Sequence record: OP870146.1
Source: Escherichia phage vB_Eco_F27
Reading direction: 5' to 3' (one strand)
DNA length: 64,000 bases
In this document: in pieces, positions 1 through 13,199 of the stretch
Layout of the letters: every line of letters starts with the position of its first letter
Numbering within the stretch: the stretch's first letter is position 1
Notes under the pieces: generated by a model
What the model saw: the letters and a program-made list of their open reading frames with translations, nothing else
What the model was told of the DNA's origin: nothing
Databases searched by the model: none
Position numbers and translations under genes: made by a program

Positions 1-1
1 A

Positions 2-841
2 ACTACAGATCAAATTTATGATTGTATTTCACGAGCGTTAGAACTTTATGGTGAATACCATTTTGACGGGTTGAATAAAGGTTTCCATGTATTTTTTGTT
101 GATGACGAAGAAAAATACCGTCACGGCGTATTTGATATGCGTGGTTCTAACGTATTTGCTGTAACAAGAATTATAAGAACAAACGTTGGCTCTATTACTT
201 CAATGGATGGTAATGCAACTTATCCATGGTTCACTGATTTCCTTTTAGGAATGGCTGGTGTTTCAGGTGGTATGGGTAGTAATTGTGGTAAATTCTACGG
301 CCCGAACGCTTTTGGCGCTGACCTTGGGTATTATTCTCAATTAGTATCTTATATGGGTATGCTTCAAGATATGATTGCTCCTCTTCCAGATTTTTGGTTT
401 AACTCTGCAAACGAGCAATTAAAAGTAATGGGTAACTTTAGACAGAAAGATGTCATTATCGTTGAATCGTATGTTCGCTCTTATATCGAGACCCATAAGA
501 TGGTAGGAAATACAGTAGGGTACGGTCAGGTAGGTCCTCGTGATTCATGGTCTATTTCTGAACGTTATGATAATCCAGACCATAATTTGGTCGGACGCCG
601 AGTTGGTGAAGATCCTGCAACCAAACAAGGCGCATATAACAACCGCTGGGTTAAAGATTATGCAACTGCATTAGCTAAAGAGCTTAATGGACAAATTCTT
701 GCTAAACATCAAGGTATGATGTTACCCGGTGGCGTTACTGTTGATGGTGTTCGATTAATTGAAGAAGCTCGTTTAGAGAAAGAAGCTTTACGAGAAGAGT
801 TATATTTACTGGACCCTCCTGCAGGTATTTTGGTAGGTTAA
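2..841 (+). CDS. 13: Neck protein gp13, C-terminal part (5' end lies upstream of the window)
   Basis: Reading frame is open back to position 2; sits immediately upstream of gp14 as in the T4 neck/terminase cluster; assigned by synteny and length. Confidence 0.7.
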   Translation, partial: TTDQIYDCISRALELYGEYHFDGLNKGFHVFFVDDEEKYRHGVFDMRGSNVFAVTRIIRTNVGSITSMDGNATYPWFTDFLLGMAGVSGGMGSNCGKFYGPNAFGADLGYYSQLVSYMGMLQDMIAPLPDFWFNSANEQLKVMGNFRQKDVIIVESYVRSYIETHKMVGNTVGYGQVGPRDSWSISERYDNPDHNLVGRRVGEDPATKQGAYNNRWVKDYATALAKELNGQILAKHQGMMLPGGVTVDGVRLIEEARLEKEALREELYLLDPPAGILVG

Positions 842-842
842 T

Positions 843-1607
843 ATGGCAACTTATGATAAAAATCTTTTCGCCAAGCTAGAAAATCGTGGTGGGTATTCTA
901 AAACCAATGAAACCGAGATTTTAAACAAATACGTGAACTTCAACAAATACGAAAATAGTCAAACCCTAGCTGATGTTCTAGTGGCAGAAAGCATACAAAT
1001 GCGCGGTATTGAATGTTTTTATGTTCCACGTGAATATGTTGCCGTGGACCTTATCTTTGGTGAGGACCTTAAAAATAAATTTACTAAAGCATGGAAATTT
1101 GCTGCATATCTGAACTCTTTTGAAGGTTATGAAGGAGCGAAATCGTTCTTCAGCAACTTCGGAATGCAAGTTCAAGACGAAGTTACATTATCTATTAACC
1201 CAGGTCTTTTCAAACACCAGGTCAACAATCAGGAGCCCAAGGAAGGTGATTTAATATACTTCCCAATGGACAACAGTTTGTTTGAGATTAACTGGGTTGA
1301 ACCATATGACCCATTCTATCAAGTAGGTAAAAATGCGATTCGTAAAATTACTGCAGGCAAGTTTATTTACTCTGGCGAAGAAATCAATCCGGTGCTTCAG
1401 AAAAATGAAGGTATCAATATACCTGAATTTAGTGACTTGGAACTTAACCCTGTTAGAAATCTTGACGGTATCCATGACATTAATATCGATGAATATTCTG
1501 AAGTTGAGCAAATCAATTCAGAGGCAAGTGAATACGTTGAACCGTATGTAGTAGTTAACAACCGTGGTAGACAAAATTCACCATTTGACGATGGGTTTAT
1601 GAATTAA
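843..1607 (+). CDS. 14: Neck protein gp14
   Basis: 254 aa (T4 gp14 ~256 aa as recalled); position between 13 and 15. Confidence 0.8.
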   Translation: MATYDKNLFAKLENRGGYSKTNETEILNKYVNFNKYENSQTLADVLVAESIQMRGIECFYVPREYVAVDLIFGEDLKNKFTKAWKFAAYLNSFEGYEGAKSFFSNFGMQVQDEVTLSINPGLFKHQVNNQEPKEGDLIYFPMDNSLFEINWVEPYDPFYQVGKNAIRKITAGKFIYSGEEINPVLQKNEGINIPEFSDLELNPVRNLDGIHDINIDEYSEVEQINSEASEYVEPYVVVNNRGRQNSPFDDGFMN

Positions 1608-1656
1608 TAAATAGATAAGATAAAGCAAACACCGGTCGAAAGGCCGGTTAGGAGAA

Positions 1657-2481
1657 ATGATGTTTGGTTATTTTTACAACTCGTCGTTCAGGCGATATAT
1701 CACAATGATGGGCGATTTGTTTTCAAATATCCAAGTTAACCGTCAATTGTCTACAGGCAATAAATTAATTAGAGTTCCTATTACGTATGCATCTAAAGAG
1801 CACTTTATGATGAAACTTAATAAATGGACCTCTATAAACTCACAAGAAGATGTGGCTAAAGTCGAAACTATTCTACCACGTATAAATCTCCAAATGGTAG
1901 ATTTCGTTTATAACCCAACGTTTAAAACGAATATATTGAATAACTCTCTTTTGAGTAAATCGACTAAGGATATTGTAGACCAATACAACCCATCACCAAT
2001 TAAAATGATTTTTGAACTGAGCATCTTTACTCGTTATGAAGATGATATGTTCCAAATCGTTGAGCAAATTATTCCATATTTTCAGCCGCATTTTAATACG
2101 ACTATGATTGAGCAATATGGGCAGGATATTCCATTTGAAAGGGATATTAAAGTCGTATGGATGGCAGCAGCAATGGATGAACAAATAGACGGTGATAATT
2201 TATCTCGTCGACGTTTAGAGTGGTCATTAACATTTGAAGTAAATGGATGGATGTATCCTCCGGTAGGCGCAGCTGAAGGCCTTATTAAAACGACTTATCT
2301 TGATTTTCATGCTAACGAACGAGACCTTCAAACAGCCGCCAGTGTTTTTGAATCAGTTGATACAGAAATTAAACCGAGAGACGTTGAAGCACAAGATTGG
2401 AATGGCGAAGTTGAACAAACTTATACTCATGATATTCCAATCCCGACTCCACCAACCCCTCCTGGTCCTAGAAAACAATAA
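1657..2481 (+). CDS. 15: Tail sheath stabiliser / tail completion protein gp15
   Basis: 274 aa starting MMFGYFYNSSFRRY; T4 gp15 begins MFGYFYNSSFRRY as recalled, so the true start may be the second ATG at 1660; AGGAGA RBS at 1644-1649. Confidence 0.8.
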   Translation: MMFGYFYNSSFRRYITMMGDLFSNIQVNRQLSTGNKLIRVPITYASKEHFMMKLNKWTSINSQEDVAKVETILPRINLQMVDFVYNPTFKTNILNNSLLSKSTKDIVDQYNPSPIKMIFELSIFTRYEDDMFQIVEQIIPYFQPHFNTTMIEQYGQDIPFERDIKVVWMAAAMDEQIDGDNLSRRRLEWSLTFEVNGWMYPPVGAAEGLIKTTYLDFHANERDLQTAASVFESVDTEIKPRDVEAQDWNGEVEQTYTHDIPIPTPPTPPGPRKQ

Positions 2482-2490
2482 GAGGTAAAT

Positions 2491-4807
<2,317 letters not shown>

Positions 4808-4834
4808 AAATAAAGCAAATTAAGAGGAATTAAA

Positions 4835-6817
4835 ATGGCACTTCTCTCTCCGGGCGTTGAGCTCAAAGAAACTACCGTACAGAGTACTGTAGTTAATAAC
4901 TCCACTGGTACTGCTGCCCTGGCTGGAAAATTCCAATGGGGACCTGCATTCCAGATTAAACAAATCACTGATGAAGTTGCATTGGTTGATATGTTTGGTA
5001 CTCCTAATACAGATACAGCAGATTATTTCATGTCTGCTATGAACTTCCTTCAATATGGTAATGACCTTCGTGTTGTACGCGCAGTTGATCGTGATACTGC
5101 TAAGAACTCATCTCCTGTAGCAGGCAATATTGAATTCACAATCTCTGCTGCTGGTAGTAACTATGCAGTTGGTGATAAAATTATCGTTAAGTATTTGACC
5201 GAAACTGTTGAAGCAGATGGTTATGTCACTTCAGTTGATGTCGATGGTAAAATTCTTAACATTTATATCCCAACCGGTAAAATTATTGCTCGTGCAAAAG
5301 AAATTAATGAATATCCGGCATTGGGTTCTAACTGGACCGCCGAAGTTGCCAGTTCTTCTTCTGGACTCTCTGGCGTTATTACAATTGGTTCTATCGTAAC
5401 CGATTCAGGTATTCTGTTAACTGAAGTTGAAACTTCTGAAGAAGCTATTACTTCTCTAACTTTCCAAGAATCTATTAAAAAATATGGTGTCCCGGGCGTA
5501 GTTGCTCTTTATCCTGGTGAACTTGGCGACCAGCTCGAAATTGAAATCGTATCTAAAGCAGACTATGACAAAGGTGCTTCAGCCCAGTTAAAAATTTATC
5601 CTGATGGTGGTACTCGTGCATCTACGGCTAAAGCAATCTTTGGGTATGGCCCACAAACTGATGACCAATATGCAATTATCGTTCGTCGTAACGATGCTGT
5701 AGTTCAGAGCGTAATTCTTTCTACTAAACGCGGTGAACGCGATATTTATGGTAGTAATATCTTTATTGATGATTTCTTTGCTAAAGGCGCAAGCAATTAT
5801 ATTTTCGCTACTGCACAAGGTTGGCCAAAAGGTTTCTCTGGCGTAATCAAACTGGGTGGTGGCTTATCATCTAATGAAACGGTTGACGCTGGTGATTTAA
5901 TGGAAGCTTGGGATTTGTTTGCTGACCGCGAATCTGTTAATGCGCAGTTGTTTATTGCCGGTTCTTGTGCAGGTGAATCTTTAGAAGTTGCTTCTACAGT
6001 TCAGAAACATGTTGTAGCAATTGGTGATTCTCGCCAAGATTGCTTGGTTCTTTGCTCACCACCACGTGCAACTATAGTCGGTATTCCTGTTAATCGTGCA
6101 GTTGATAATCTGGTTGATTGGCGTACTGCGTCAGGAACTTACACTGATAATAACTTTAATGTAAGTTCTACTTACGCGGCTATTGATGGTAACTATAAAT
6201 ATCAATATGACAAATATAATGATGTGAATCGTTGGGTTCCATTAGCTGCTGATATTGCTGGTCTTTGTGCTCGCACAGACAATATTTCTCAGCCTTGGAT
6301 GTCTCCTGCCGGTTATAACCGTGGACAAATTCTTAACGTTATTAAGCTTGCAATTGAAACTCGCCAAGCGCAGCGTGATCGTTTGTACCAGGAAGCTATT
6401 AACCCTGTTACTGGTACAGGTGGTGATGGGTATGTTCTGTACGGTGATAAAACTGCCACTTCTGTTCCTTCACCATTTGACCGTATTAACGTTCGTCGTT
6501 TGTTCAATATGGTTAAAACGAACATTGGTTCAGCATCTAAATATCGTCTGTTTGAATTGAACAACGCATTTACCCGTTCTTCTTTCCGTACAGAGACTTC
6601 TCAATATCTACAGGGTATTAAAGCTCTCGGTGGTGTATATAACTTTAAAGTTGTTTGTGATACTACCAATAACACCCCAGCAGTTATCGACCGTAATGAA
6701 TTTGTAGCTACTTTCTACTTACAACCTGCCCGCTCGATAAATTATATTACGTTGAACTTTGTAGCAACAGCAACTGGTGCCGATTTCGACGAACTGATTG
6801 GTGCTGTAGGTAGTTAA
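4835..6817 (+). CDS. 18: Tail sheath protein gp18
   Basis: 660 aa (T4 659 aa); preceded by a TATAAATA late promoter. Confidence 0.9.
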   Translation: MALLSPGVELKETTVQSTVVNNSTGTAALAGKFQWGPAFQIKQITDEVALVDMFGTPNTDTADYFMSAMNFLQYGNDLRVVRAVDRDTAKNSSPVAGNIEFTISAAGSNYAVGDKIIVKYLTETVEADGYVTSVDVDGKILNIYIPTGKIIARAKEINEYPALGSNWTAEVASSSSGLSGVITIGSIVTDSGILLTEVETSEEAITSLTFQESIKKYGVPGVVALYPGELGDQLEIEIVSKADYDKGASAQLKIYPDGGTRASTAKAIFGYGPQTDDQYAIIVRRNDAVVQSVILSTKRGERDIYGSNIFIDDFFAKGASNYIFATAQGWPKGFSGVIKLGGGLSSNETVDAGDLMEAWDLFADRESVNAQLFIAGSCAGESLEVASTVQKHVVAIGDSRQDCLVLCSPPRATIVGIPVNRAVDNLVDWRTASGTYTDNNFNVSSTYAAIDGNYKYQYDKYNDVNRWVPLAADIAGLCARTDNISQPWMSPAGYNRGQILNVIKLAIETRQAQRDRLYQEAINPVTGTGGDGYVLYGDKTATSVPSPFDRINVRRLFNMVKTNIGSASKYRLFELNNAFTRSSFRTETSQYLQGIKALGGVYNFKVVCDTTNNTPAVIDRNEFVATFYLQPARSINYITLNFVATATGADFDELIGAVGS

Positions 6818-6828
6818 TAAGACGCCTG

Positions 6829-6850
6829 ATGGGCTATTTCGGTAGCCCAT
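6829..6850 (+). terminator. Stem-loop after gene 18 (possible terminator or RNA stability element)
   Basis: ATGGGCTA-TTTCGG-TAGCCCAT 8-bp stem; no clean U-run follows. Confidence 0.4.
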
Positions 6851-6857
6851 ATAAATA
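6850..6857 (+). promoter_or_regulatory. Late promoter (TATAAATA) for gene 19
   Basis: Exact TATAAATA in the 18-19 intergenic region, just after a stem-loop. Confidence 0.7.
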
Positions 6858-6929
6858 TACTATATCGTTTAAAAATTAATTCTATGGGCATCCGGTTAAT
6901 CCTAAGCCCATATTACTACAGAGGCTAAT

Positions 6930-7421
6930 ATGTTTGTAGATGACGTAACTCGCGCCTTCGAATCTGGTGATTTCGCTCGCCCTAACCTGTTCGAAGTAGA
7001 AATCTCTTATCTTGGGCAAAACTTTAGCTTCCAGTGTCGTGCTACGGCTCTTCCTGCTGCGATCGTTGAAAAGGTTCCTGTTTCTTATATGAACCGTAAA
7101 ATTAACGTGGCCGGTGATCGTACATTCGATGATTGGACTATTACAGTAATGAACGATGATGCTCATAGCATTCGTCAGAAATTTGTTGATTGGCAAGGTA
7201 TTGCAGCAGGACAAGGTAATGAAATTACCGGTGGTAAACCTGCTGAATATAAAAAGTCTGCTATCGTTCGTCAATTTGCTCGTGATGCTAAAACGGTCAC
7301 TAAAGAAGTTGAAATTGTCGGCTTGTGGCCTACTAACGTTGGCGAAGTATCTCTTGATTGGGATTCGAATAACGAGATTGAAACGTTCGAAGTAACTCTT
7401 GCTCTTGATTGGTGGGAATAA
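6930..7421 (+). CDS. 19: Tail tube protein gp19
   Basis: 163 aa (T4 163 aa); late promoter upstream. Confidence 0.9.
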   Translation: MFVDDVTRAFESGDFARPNLFEVEISYLGQNFSFQCRATALPAAIVEKVPVSYMNRKINVAGDRTFDDWTITVMNDDAHSIRQKFVDWQGIAAGQGNEITGGKPAEYKKSAIVRQFARDAKTVTKEVEIVGLWPTNVGEVSLDWDSNNEIETFEVTLALDWWE

Positions 7422-7469
7422 TCTGGTTGGGGAGAAATCCCCAGCTTCCCGTGATGACGGAGAAGTCCA

Positions 7470-7477
7470 TATAAATA
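7470..7477 (+). promoter_or_regulatory. Late promoter (TATAAATA) for gene 20
   Basis: Exact TATAAATA 29 nt upstream of the gene 20 ATG. Confidence 0.7.
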
Positions 7478-7505
7478 TAACTATAATTCCCATTCGGAGA
7501 ATACA

Positions 7506-9077
7506 ATGAAATTTAATATCTTAAGTTTGTTTGCTCCATGGGCAAAAATGGACGAACGTGATTACAAAGACCAAGAAAAAGAAAATTTAGAATCTATCAC
7601 CGCACCAAAATTAGATGACGGCGCTAAAGAATACGAAGTATCTGAAAATGAAGCACAGCAAACATATAATGCTATGTTTCAGAGAATGTTCGGTAGTCAA
7701 GAACCAGGGCTCAAATCAACCCGTGAATTAATCGATACGTATCGAAATTTGATGACGAACTATGAAGTGGATAATGCAGTCTCCGAAATAGTTTCCGATG
7801 CTATCGTATATGAAGATGATACAGAAGTCGTTTCTATAAATTTAGACAACACAAAATTTAGTCCAAATATCAAATCAATGATGTTGGATGAATTTAACGA
7901 AGTGTTAAATCATTTATCTTTCCAACGTAAAGGTTCAGATCATTTTAGACGTTGGTATGTGGATTCTCGAATTTTCTTCCATAAAATTATTGACCCTAAA
8001 CGCCCCAAAGAAGGTATTAAAGAGCTTCGTCGTTTAGACCCACGTCAAGTTCAATATGTCCGTGAAGTTATTACAACCACTGAAGCCGGTGTTAAAATAG
8101 TCAAGGGTTATAAAGAATATTTCATTTATGACACATCACACGAATCTTATGCTTGTGATGGTCGCATATATGAAGCTGGCACAAAAATAAAAATCCCTAA
8201 AGCCGCGATTGTTTATGCCCATTCTGGTTTAGTTGATTGTTGTGGTAAAAATATCATCGGTTATTTGCATCGGGCTATTAAGCCAGCGAACCAATTAAAA
8301 CTTCTTGAAGATGCTGTCGTAATTTATCGTATTACTCGTGCTCCCGATCGTCGTGTATGGTACGTTGATACAGGTAATATGCCTTCAAGAAAAGCAGCCG
8401 AACATATGCAACATGTTATGAATACGATGAAAAACCGTATTGCATATGATGCTACTACAGGCAAGATTAAAAACCAGCAGCATATTATGTCGATGACCGA
8501 AGATTATTGGTTACAACGACGTGATGGTAAAGCAGTAACAGAAGTTGACACATTACCAGGTGCAGATAATACTGGAAATATGGAAGATGTACGTTGGTTC
8601 CGTAATGCGCTTTATATGGCTTTACGTATTCCTATTACCCGTATTCCAAGTGACCAAGGTGGTATACAGTTTGATGCTGGTACTTCTATTACACGAGATG
8701 AATTGACATTTGGTAAATTTATTCGTGAGCTGCAACATAAATTTGAAGAGATATTCCTAGACCCGCTTAAAACTAATTTAATTCTTAAAGGAATTATTAC
8801 AGAAGATGAGTGGAATGATGAAATAAATAATATTAAGATAAAATTTCATCGGGATAGTTATTTCTCGGAATTAAAGGATGCTGAGATTCTGGAGCGTCGC
8901 ATTAATATGCTTCAGATGGCCGAACCATTTATTGGTAAATATATTTCTCACAGAACAGCTATGAAAGATATTCTTCAGATGTCTGACGAGGAAATTGAAC
9001 AAGAGGCTAAGCAAATTGAAGAAGAGTCGAAAGAGGCTCGTTTCCAAGACCCCGACCAAGAACAAGAGGATTTTTAA
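7506..9077 (+). CDS. 20: Portal vertex protein gp20
   Basis: 523 aa (T4 524 aa); late promoter upstream. Confidence 0.9.
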   Translation: MKFNILSLFAPWAKMDERDYKDQEKENLESITAPKLDDGAKEYEVSENEAQQTYNAMFQRMFGSQEPGLKSTRELIDTYRNLMTNYEVDNAVSEIVSDAIVYEDDTEVVSINLDNTKFSPNIKSMMLDEFNEVLNHLSFQRKGSDHFRRWYVDSRIFFHKIIDPKRPKEGIKELRRLDPRQVQYVREVITTTEAGVKIVKGYKEYFIYDTSHESYACDGRIYEAGTKIKIPKAAIVYAHSGLVDCCGKNIIGYLHRAIKPANQLKLLEDAVVIYRITRAPDRRVWYVDTGNMPSRKAAEHMQHVMNTMKNRIAYDATTGKIKNQQHIMSMTEDYWLQRRDGKAVTEVDTLPGADNTGNMEDVRWFRNALYMALRIPITRIPSDQGGIQFDAGTSITRDELTFGKFIRELQHKFEEIFLDPLKTNLILKGIITEDEWNDEINNIKIKFHRDSYFSELKDAEILERRINMLQMAEPFIGKYISHRTAMKDILQMSDEEIEQEAKQIEEESKEARFQDPDQEQEDF

Positions 9078-9313
9078 TGGACGATTTAATTCAAGCTATT
9101 AAATCAAACGACCTCGTTGCTACTCGAAAGTTTTTTGAAAGTGCAATGGCAGAAAAAACGGTTCGTTTGATTGAAGCACGCAAAGCAGAAATCGCTTCTC
9201 AATTTTTGATTGAAGGCGAAGAACCTGAAGAAGAAAAGAAAGCTAAAGCTTCGGAAGACGACGCTGATGAAGGCGATGACGACGAAGACGAAGATGATGA
9301 GGACGATGAATAA
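9077..9313 (+). CDS. 67: Prohead core protein gp67
   Basis: 78 aa with acidic D/E-rich C-terminus; TAATG overlap with gene 20 stop; position 20-67-68-21. Confidence 0.75.
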   Translation: MDDLIQAIKSNDLVATRKFFESAMAEKTVRLIEARKAEIASQFLIEGEEPEEEKKAKASEDDADEGDDDEDEDDEDDE

Positions 9314-9738
9314 TGTATCTTATCCCTGAATCTTATGAATTGGTACTCGAAAATGTCGAAGCACTTATTCCTGAAGCACAGGGCCGAATCGATGCATTGT
9401 CTTCTGCTCTCGATATTGACGATATAAATACTATTATCGAGAACATGCTTGAAACTGAAACGGATTTAGCTGTTGCAATGGCTTCCATTATTAATGAAGA
9501 ACAGTTAAATGAGTTTATCGTTAAACATGTTTCTTCTCGTGGTGAAGTCACCCGCACTAAAGACCGTAAAACTCGTGAACGTAACGCGTTCCAAACCACT
9601 GGTCTTTCTAAAGCAAAACGTAGACAAATCGCTCGTAAGGTCGTTAAAGCTAAAAAAGCTAACCCTTCAGGCCAAGTTAAAGGCTTGCGTAAGCGTAAAA
9701 AGGCTCTTAAACGTCGTAAAGCATTAGGATTAAGCTAA
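9313..9738 (+). CDS. 68: Prohead core protein gp68
   Basis: 141 aa, same as T4 gp68; overlapping start/stop codons with neighbours. Confidence 0.75.
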   Translation: MYLIPESYELVLENVEALIPEAQGRIDALSSALDIDDINTIIENMLETETDLAVAMASIINEEQLNEFIVKHVSSRGEVTRTKDRKTRERNAFQTTGLSKAKRRQIARKVVKAKKANPSGQVKGLRKRKKALKRRKALGLS

Positions 9739-10379
9739 TGAATAAACCCGAGTTACTTATTGAAACTTGGGGTCAACCCGGTGAGATTATTGATGGCGTT
9801 CCAATGTTGGAATCTCATGATGGAAAAGATTCTGGCTTAAAACCAGGGCTTTATATAGAAGGTATTTTTCTTCAGGCAGAGGTTGTTAACCGAAATAAAC
9901 GTTTATATCCTAAACGCGTTTTGGAAAAAGCAGTAAGTGACTATATTAAAGAACAAGTCGCAACCAAACAAGCCCTTGGAGAATTAAACCATCCACCTCG
10001 TGCAAATGTTGACCCTATGCAAGCCGCTATCATTATTGAAGATATGTGGTGGAAAGGAAACGATGTATATGGACGTGCTAGAATTATTGAAGGCGACCAT
10101 GGTCCCGGTGATAAATTAGCTGCTAATATACGAGCTGGTTGGATTCCAGGTGTTTCCTCTCGTGGTCTTGGTTCTTTAACCGACACCAATAAAGGGTACC
10201 GTATCGTGAACGAAGGATTTAAATTAACCGTCGGCGTAGATGCCGTATGGGGACCTTCTGCTCCAGATGCTTGGGTTACTCCTAAACAAATATCAGAATC
10301 AGAAAATTCGGTGGAAATCACCAAAAACAGTGCTGACGAAGCATTTAAAGCTCTCGCAGAGAGTTTAAAAGCATTATAA
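9738..10379 (+). CDS. 21: Prohead core protease gp21
   Basis: 213 aa (T4 212 aa); position upstream of scaffold gp22. Confidence 0.85.
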   Translation: MNKPELLIETWGQPGEIIDGVPMLESHDGKDSGLKPGLYIEGIFLQAEVVNRNKRLYPKRVLEKAVSDYIKEQVATKQALGELNHPPRANVDPMQAAIIIEDMWWKGNDVYGRARIIEGDHGPGDKLAANIRAGWIPGVSSRGLGSLTDTNKGYRIVNEGFKLTVGVDAVWGPSAPDAWVTPKQISESENSVEITKNSADEAFKALAESLKAL

Positions 10380-10382
10380 ATA
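10375..10382 (+). promoter_or_regulatory. Late promoter (TATAAATA) for gene 22
   Basis: Exact TATAAATA overlapping the gene 21 stop, 31 nt upstream of gene 22. Confidence 0.65.
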
Positions 10383-10412
10383 ATAATGTAATCTAAACCA
10401 CAGGACACTAAA

Positions 10413-11225
10413 ATGATCAAAGAACAACTTTTGAAAGAAGCTCAGAATATCGAGACTTCAGTTGCTCTTAATAGTGTTTTCGAATCAGTAGAACTGTCTC
10501 CGGACGTTAAAGCTAATTTCAGCACTGTATTCGAAGCCACCGTTAAGCAGGAAGCAGTCAAACTGGCTGAATCTCATATCAAAGCCATCGCCGAAAAGGC
10601 CGAAGAAGAAGTTGAAAAGGCTAAAGAAGATGCTGAAGAGAAAGCTGATAAAAAATTGGCTGAACAAGCTTCTAAATTCCTAGACCATCTTGCAAAAGAA
10701 TGGCTCGCAGAAAACCAAATCGCAGTTGATAAAGGCATTAAAGCTGATTTGTTCGAATCCATGCTTGGTGGTCTGAAAGAACTGTTTGTTGAACATAACG
10801 TTGTTGTTCCAGAAGAATCTGTAGATGTTGTAGCAGAAATGGAAGAAGAGCTGGCCGAACATAAAGAAGAAACCGCTCGTTTGTTCGAAGAAGTTACCAA
10901 ACGTGATGCATATATCAATTACGTTCAGCGTGAAACCGCTATTAATGAAAGCGTAAAAGACCTGACTGAATCTCAGAAAGAAAAAGTTATTGGCCTGGTT
11001 GAAGGTATGGATTATTCTGACGCATTTGGTACTAAGTTAACTGCTATTGTAGAAATGGTTAAAGGTTCTACTAAAGAAGAAGCCGCTATTACCGAAAGTA
11101 TAAATACAGTTGACAATGACGCTGCCGGTCTTAATTTTGTTGCCGAAGCAGTTGACACTACCACAACTCAGGTAGAACAGAATTCTAATGTAAGTTTATA
11201 TGCGAAAGTCGCATCTCGTTTCTAA
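10413..11225 (+). CDS. 22: Prohead core scaffold protein gp22
   Basis: 270 aa, acidic, coiled-coil-like E/K-rich composition; TATAAATA at 10375-10382 upstream. Confidence 0.85.
   Translation: MIKEQLLKEAQNIETSVALNSVFESVELSPDVKANFSTVFEATVKQEAVKLAESHIKAIAEKAEEEVEKAKEDAEEKADKKLAEQASKFLDHLAKEWLAENQIAVDKGIKADLFESMLGGLKELFVEHNVVVPEESVDVVAEMEEELAEHKEETARLFEEVTKRDAYINYVQRETAINESVKDLTESQKEKVIGLVEGMDYSDAFGTKLTAIVEMVKGSTKEEAAITESINTVDNDAAGLNFVAEAVDTTTTQVEQNSNVSLYAKVASRF
11099..11106 (+). promoter_or_regulatory. Candidate late promoter for gene 23, inside the 3' end of gene 22
   Basis: Exact TATAAATA ~135 nt upstream of the gene 23 ATG; no closer match exists. Confidence 0.45.
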
Positions 11226-11242
11226 TTTAAAGGTTAACACAA

Positions 11243-12811
11243 ATGACTACTATCAAAACTAAAGCTCAGCTCGTAGACAAATGGAAAGAACTGCTGGAAG
11301 GTGAAGGCCTGCCGGAAATCGCTAATAGCAAGCAGGCTATTATCGCTAAAATCTTCGAAAACCAGGAAAAAGATTTCGAAGTATCCCCTGAATATAAAGA
11401 CGAGAAAATCGCTCAGGCATTTGGTTCTTTCTTGACCGAAGCTGAAATTGGTGGTGACCATGGTTATAATGCTCAGAACATCGCAGCAGGTCAAACCTCT
11501 GGTGCAGTAACCCAAATTGGGCCGGCAGTTATGGGTATGGTTCGTCGTGCTATTCCTAATCTGATCGCTTTTGATATTTGTGGTGTTCAGCCTATGAACA
11601 GCCCGACCGGTCAGGTATTTGCTCTCCGTGCAGTATATGGTAAAGACCCTATCGCTGCTGGCGCTAAAGAAGCTTTCCATCCGATGTATGCTCCAGATGC
11701 GATGTTCTCTGGTCAGGGTGCTGCTAAGAAATTCCCAGCTCTGGCTGCTGACACTACTACTGTTGTAGGTGATATCTATACTCACTTCTTCCAAGAAACT
11801 GGTACTGTATATCTGCAAGCTTCTGCTGTCGTAACACTTGATTCTGGTGCAACTGACGCATCTAAATTAGATGCCGAAGTTAAGAAACAAATGGAAGCTG
11901 GTGCACTGGTAGAAATCGCTGAAGGTATGGCTACTTCTATCGCTGAACTCCAGGAAGGTTTCAACGGTTCTACCGATAACCCATGGAATGAAATGGGCTT
12001 CCGTATCGATAAACAAGTTATCGAAGCTAAATCTCGCCAGCTGAAAGCTGCTTACTCTATCGAATTAGCACAAGACCTCCGTGCAGTACACGGTATGGAT
12101 GCTGATGCTGAACTGAGCGGTATTCTGGCTACAGAAATTATGCTAGAAATCAACCGTGAAGTTGTTGATTGGATTAACTACTCTGCACAGGTTGGTAAAT
12201 CTGGTATGACCCTGACTCCGGGTTCTAAAGCTGGTGTATTTGACTTCCAGGACCCGATTGATATCCGTGGTGCTCGTTGGGCCGGTGAAAGCTTTAAATC
12301 TCTGTTGTTCCAGATTGATAAAGAAGCAGTTGAAATTGCTCGTCAAACCGGTCGTGGTGAAGGTAACTTCATTATCGCTTCCCGTAACGTAGTTAACGTA
12401 CTGGCTTCAGTTGATACTGGTATTTCTTACGCTGCACAGGGCCTGGCTTCTGGTTTTAATACCGACACTACTAAGTCTGTATTTGCCGGTGTACTTGGTG
12501 GTAAATACCGCGTATACATCGACCAGTATGCTAAACAGGATTACTTCACCGTTGGTTACAAAGGCGCTAACGAAATGGATGCAGGTATTTACTATGCTCC
12601 TTACGTTGCACTTACCCCACTGCGTGGTTCCGATCCTAAGAACTTCCAGCCGGTAATGGGCTTTAAAACTCGTTACGGTATCGGTGTTAACCCGTTTGCT
12701 GAAAGTTCCCTGCAGGCTCCAGGTGCTCGCATCCAGTCCGGTATGCCGTCTATCCTGAACAGCCTTGGTAAGAACGCTTACTTCCGCCGTGTATATGTAA
12801 AAGGCATCTAA
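11243..12811 (+). CDS. 23: Major capsid protein gp23
   Basis: 522 aa; near-identical over long stretches to T4 gp23 as recalled (MTTIKTKAQL...IAKIFENQEKDF...GVQPMNSPTGQVFALRAVYGKDP...FRRVYVKGI). Confidence 0.97.
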   Translation: MTTIKTKAQLVDKWKELLEGEGLPEIANSKQAIIAKIFENQEKDFEVSPEYKDEKIAQAFGSFLTEAEIGGDHGYNAQNIAAGQTSGAVTQIGPAVMGMVRRAIPNLIAFDICGVQPMNSPTGQVFALRAVYGKDPIAAGAKEAFHPMYAPDAMFSGQGAAKKFPALAADTTTVVGDIYTHFFQETGTVYLQASAVVTLDSGATDASKLDAEVKKQMEAGALVEIAEGMATSIAELQEGFNGSTDNPWNEMGFRIDKQVIEAKSRQLKAAYSIELAQDLRAVHGMDADAELSGILATEIMLEINREVVDWINYSAQVGKSGMTLTPGSKAGVFDFQDPIDIRGARWAGESFKSLLFQIDKEAVEIARQTGRGEGNFIIASRNVVNVLASVDTGISYAAQGLASGFNTDTTKSVFAGVLGGKYRVYIDQYAKQDYFTVGYKGANEMDAGIYYAPYVALTPLRGSDPKNFQPVMGFKTRYGIGVNPFAESSLQAPGARIQSGMPSILNSLGKNAYFRRVYVKGI

Positions 12812-12835
12812 TCTTAATTGATTAAATCTTATTTT

Positions 12836-12861
12836 GGGAGACTTCGGTCTCCCATTTTTGG
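12836..12861 (+). terminator. Intrinsic terminator after gene 23
   Basis: GGGAGACTTCGGTCTCCC (7-bp GC-rich stem, UUCG tetraloop) followed by ATTTTTGGTTTTATTT. Confidence 0.8.
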
Positions 12862-12863
12862 TT

Positions 12864-13133
12864 TTATTTCTGTGCAATTTCGATGTAAGTTTTCAAAATA
12901 TTTTGCCAATTAGGCATACCTTCTTGGACATATGCCGGAGAACCATCTTTGTTTTTGAATGATGCAAGTTTATCAGTGGCCCAATAACCTTTAGCTCGAG
13001 CTTCAGAATCAACTTTCATCCATACTTTGTTGAAGGCATTACCATTAACTTTTGCACCATATTTTTCTACTAACTTAACCGCTTCAGCTTCCAGAACTTT
13101 TAAAGTATCTCGTAAGAAACGTGCTTTAGTCAT
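12864..13133 (-). CDS. Hypothetical 89-aa protein, antisense insertion between late genes 23 and 24
   Basis: ORF with GAGGAG RBS, its own early-type promoter (GTTTAC-N16-TGtGATACT) at 13166-13193; stop codon abuts the gene 23 terminator hairpin. Confidence 0.6.
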   Translation of the reverse strand: MTKARFLRDTLKVLEAEAVKLVEKYGAKVNGNAFNKVWMKVDSEARAKGYWATDKLASFKNKDGSPAYVQEGMPNWQNILKTYIEIAQK

Positions 13134-13165
13134 TTTGTTTACTCCTCTGTAGTTGATAAGTCTAT

Positions 13166-13193
13166 AGTATCACATACCAAATACGTTGTAAAC
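13166..13193 (-). promoter_or_regulatory. Early-type promoter for the antisense ORF between genes 23 and 24
   Basis: Minus strand reads GTTTAC-N16-GATACT with TGn immediately upstream of the -10. Confidence 0.55.
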
Positions 13194-13199
13194 AATCTT

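Noticed and set aside
6882-7493. 203-aa minus-strand ORF antisense to gene 19
   Set aside because: Shadow ORF entirely inside the tail tube gene; no promoter or RBS. The same applies to other long antisense frames such as 11234-11818 and 12407-12877 (inside gene 23), 10574-10918 (gene 22), 43537-44061 (rnlA), 40824-41294 (pseT) and 61576-61992 (gene 37)
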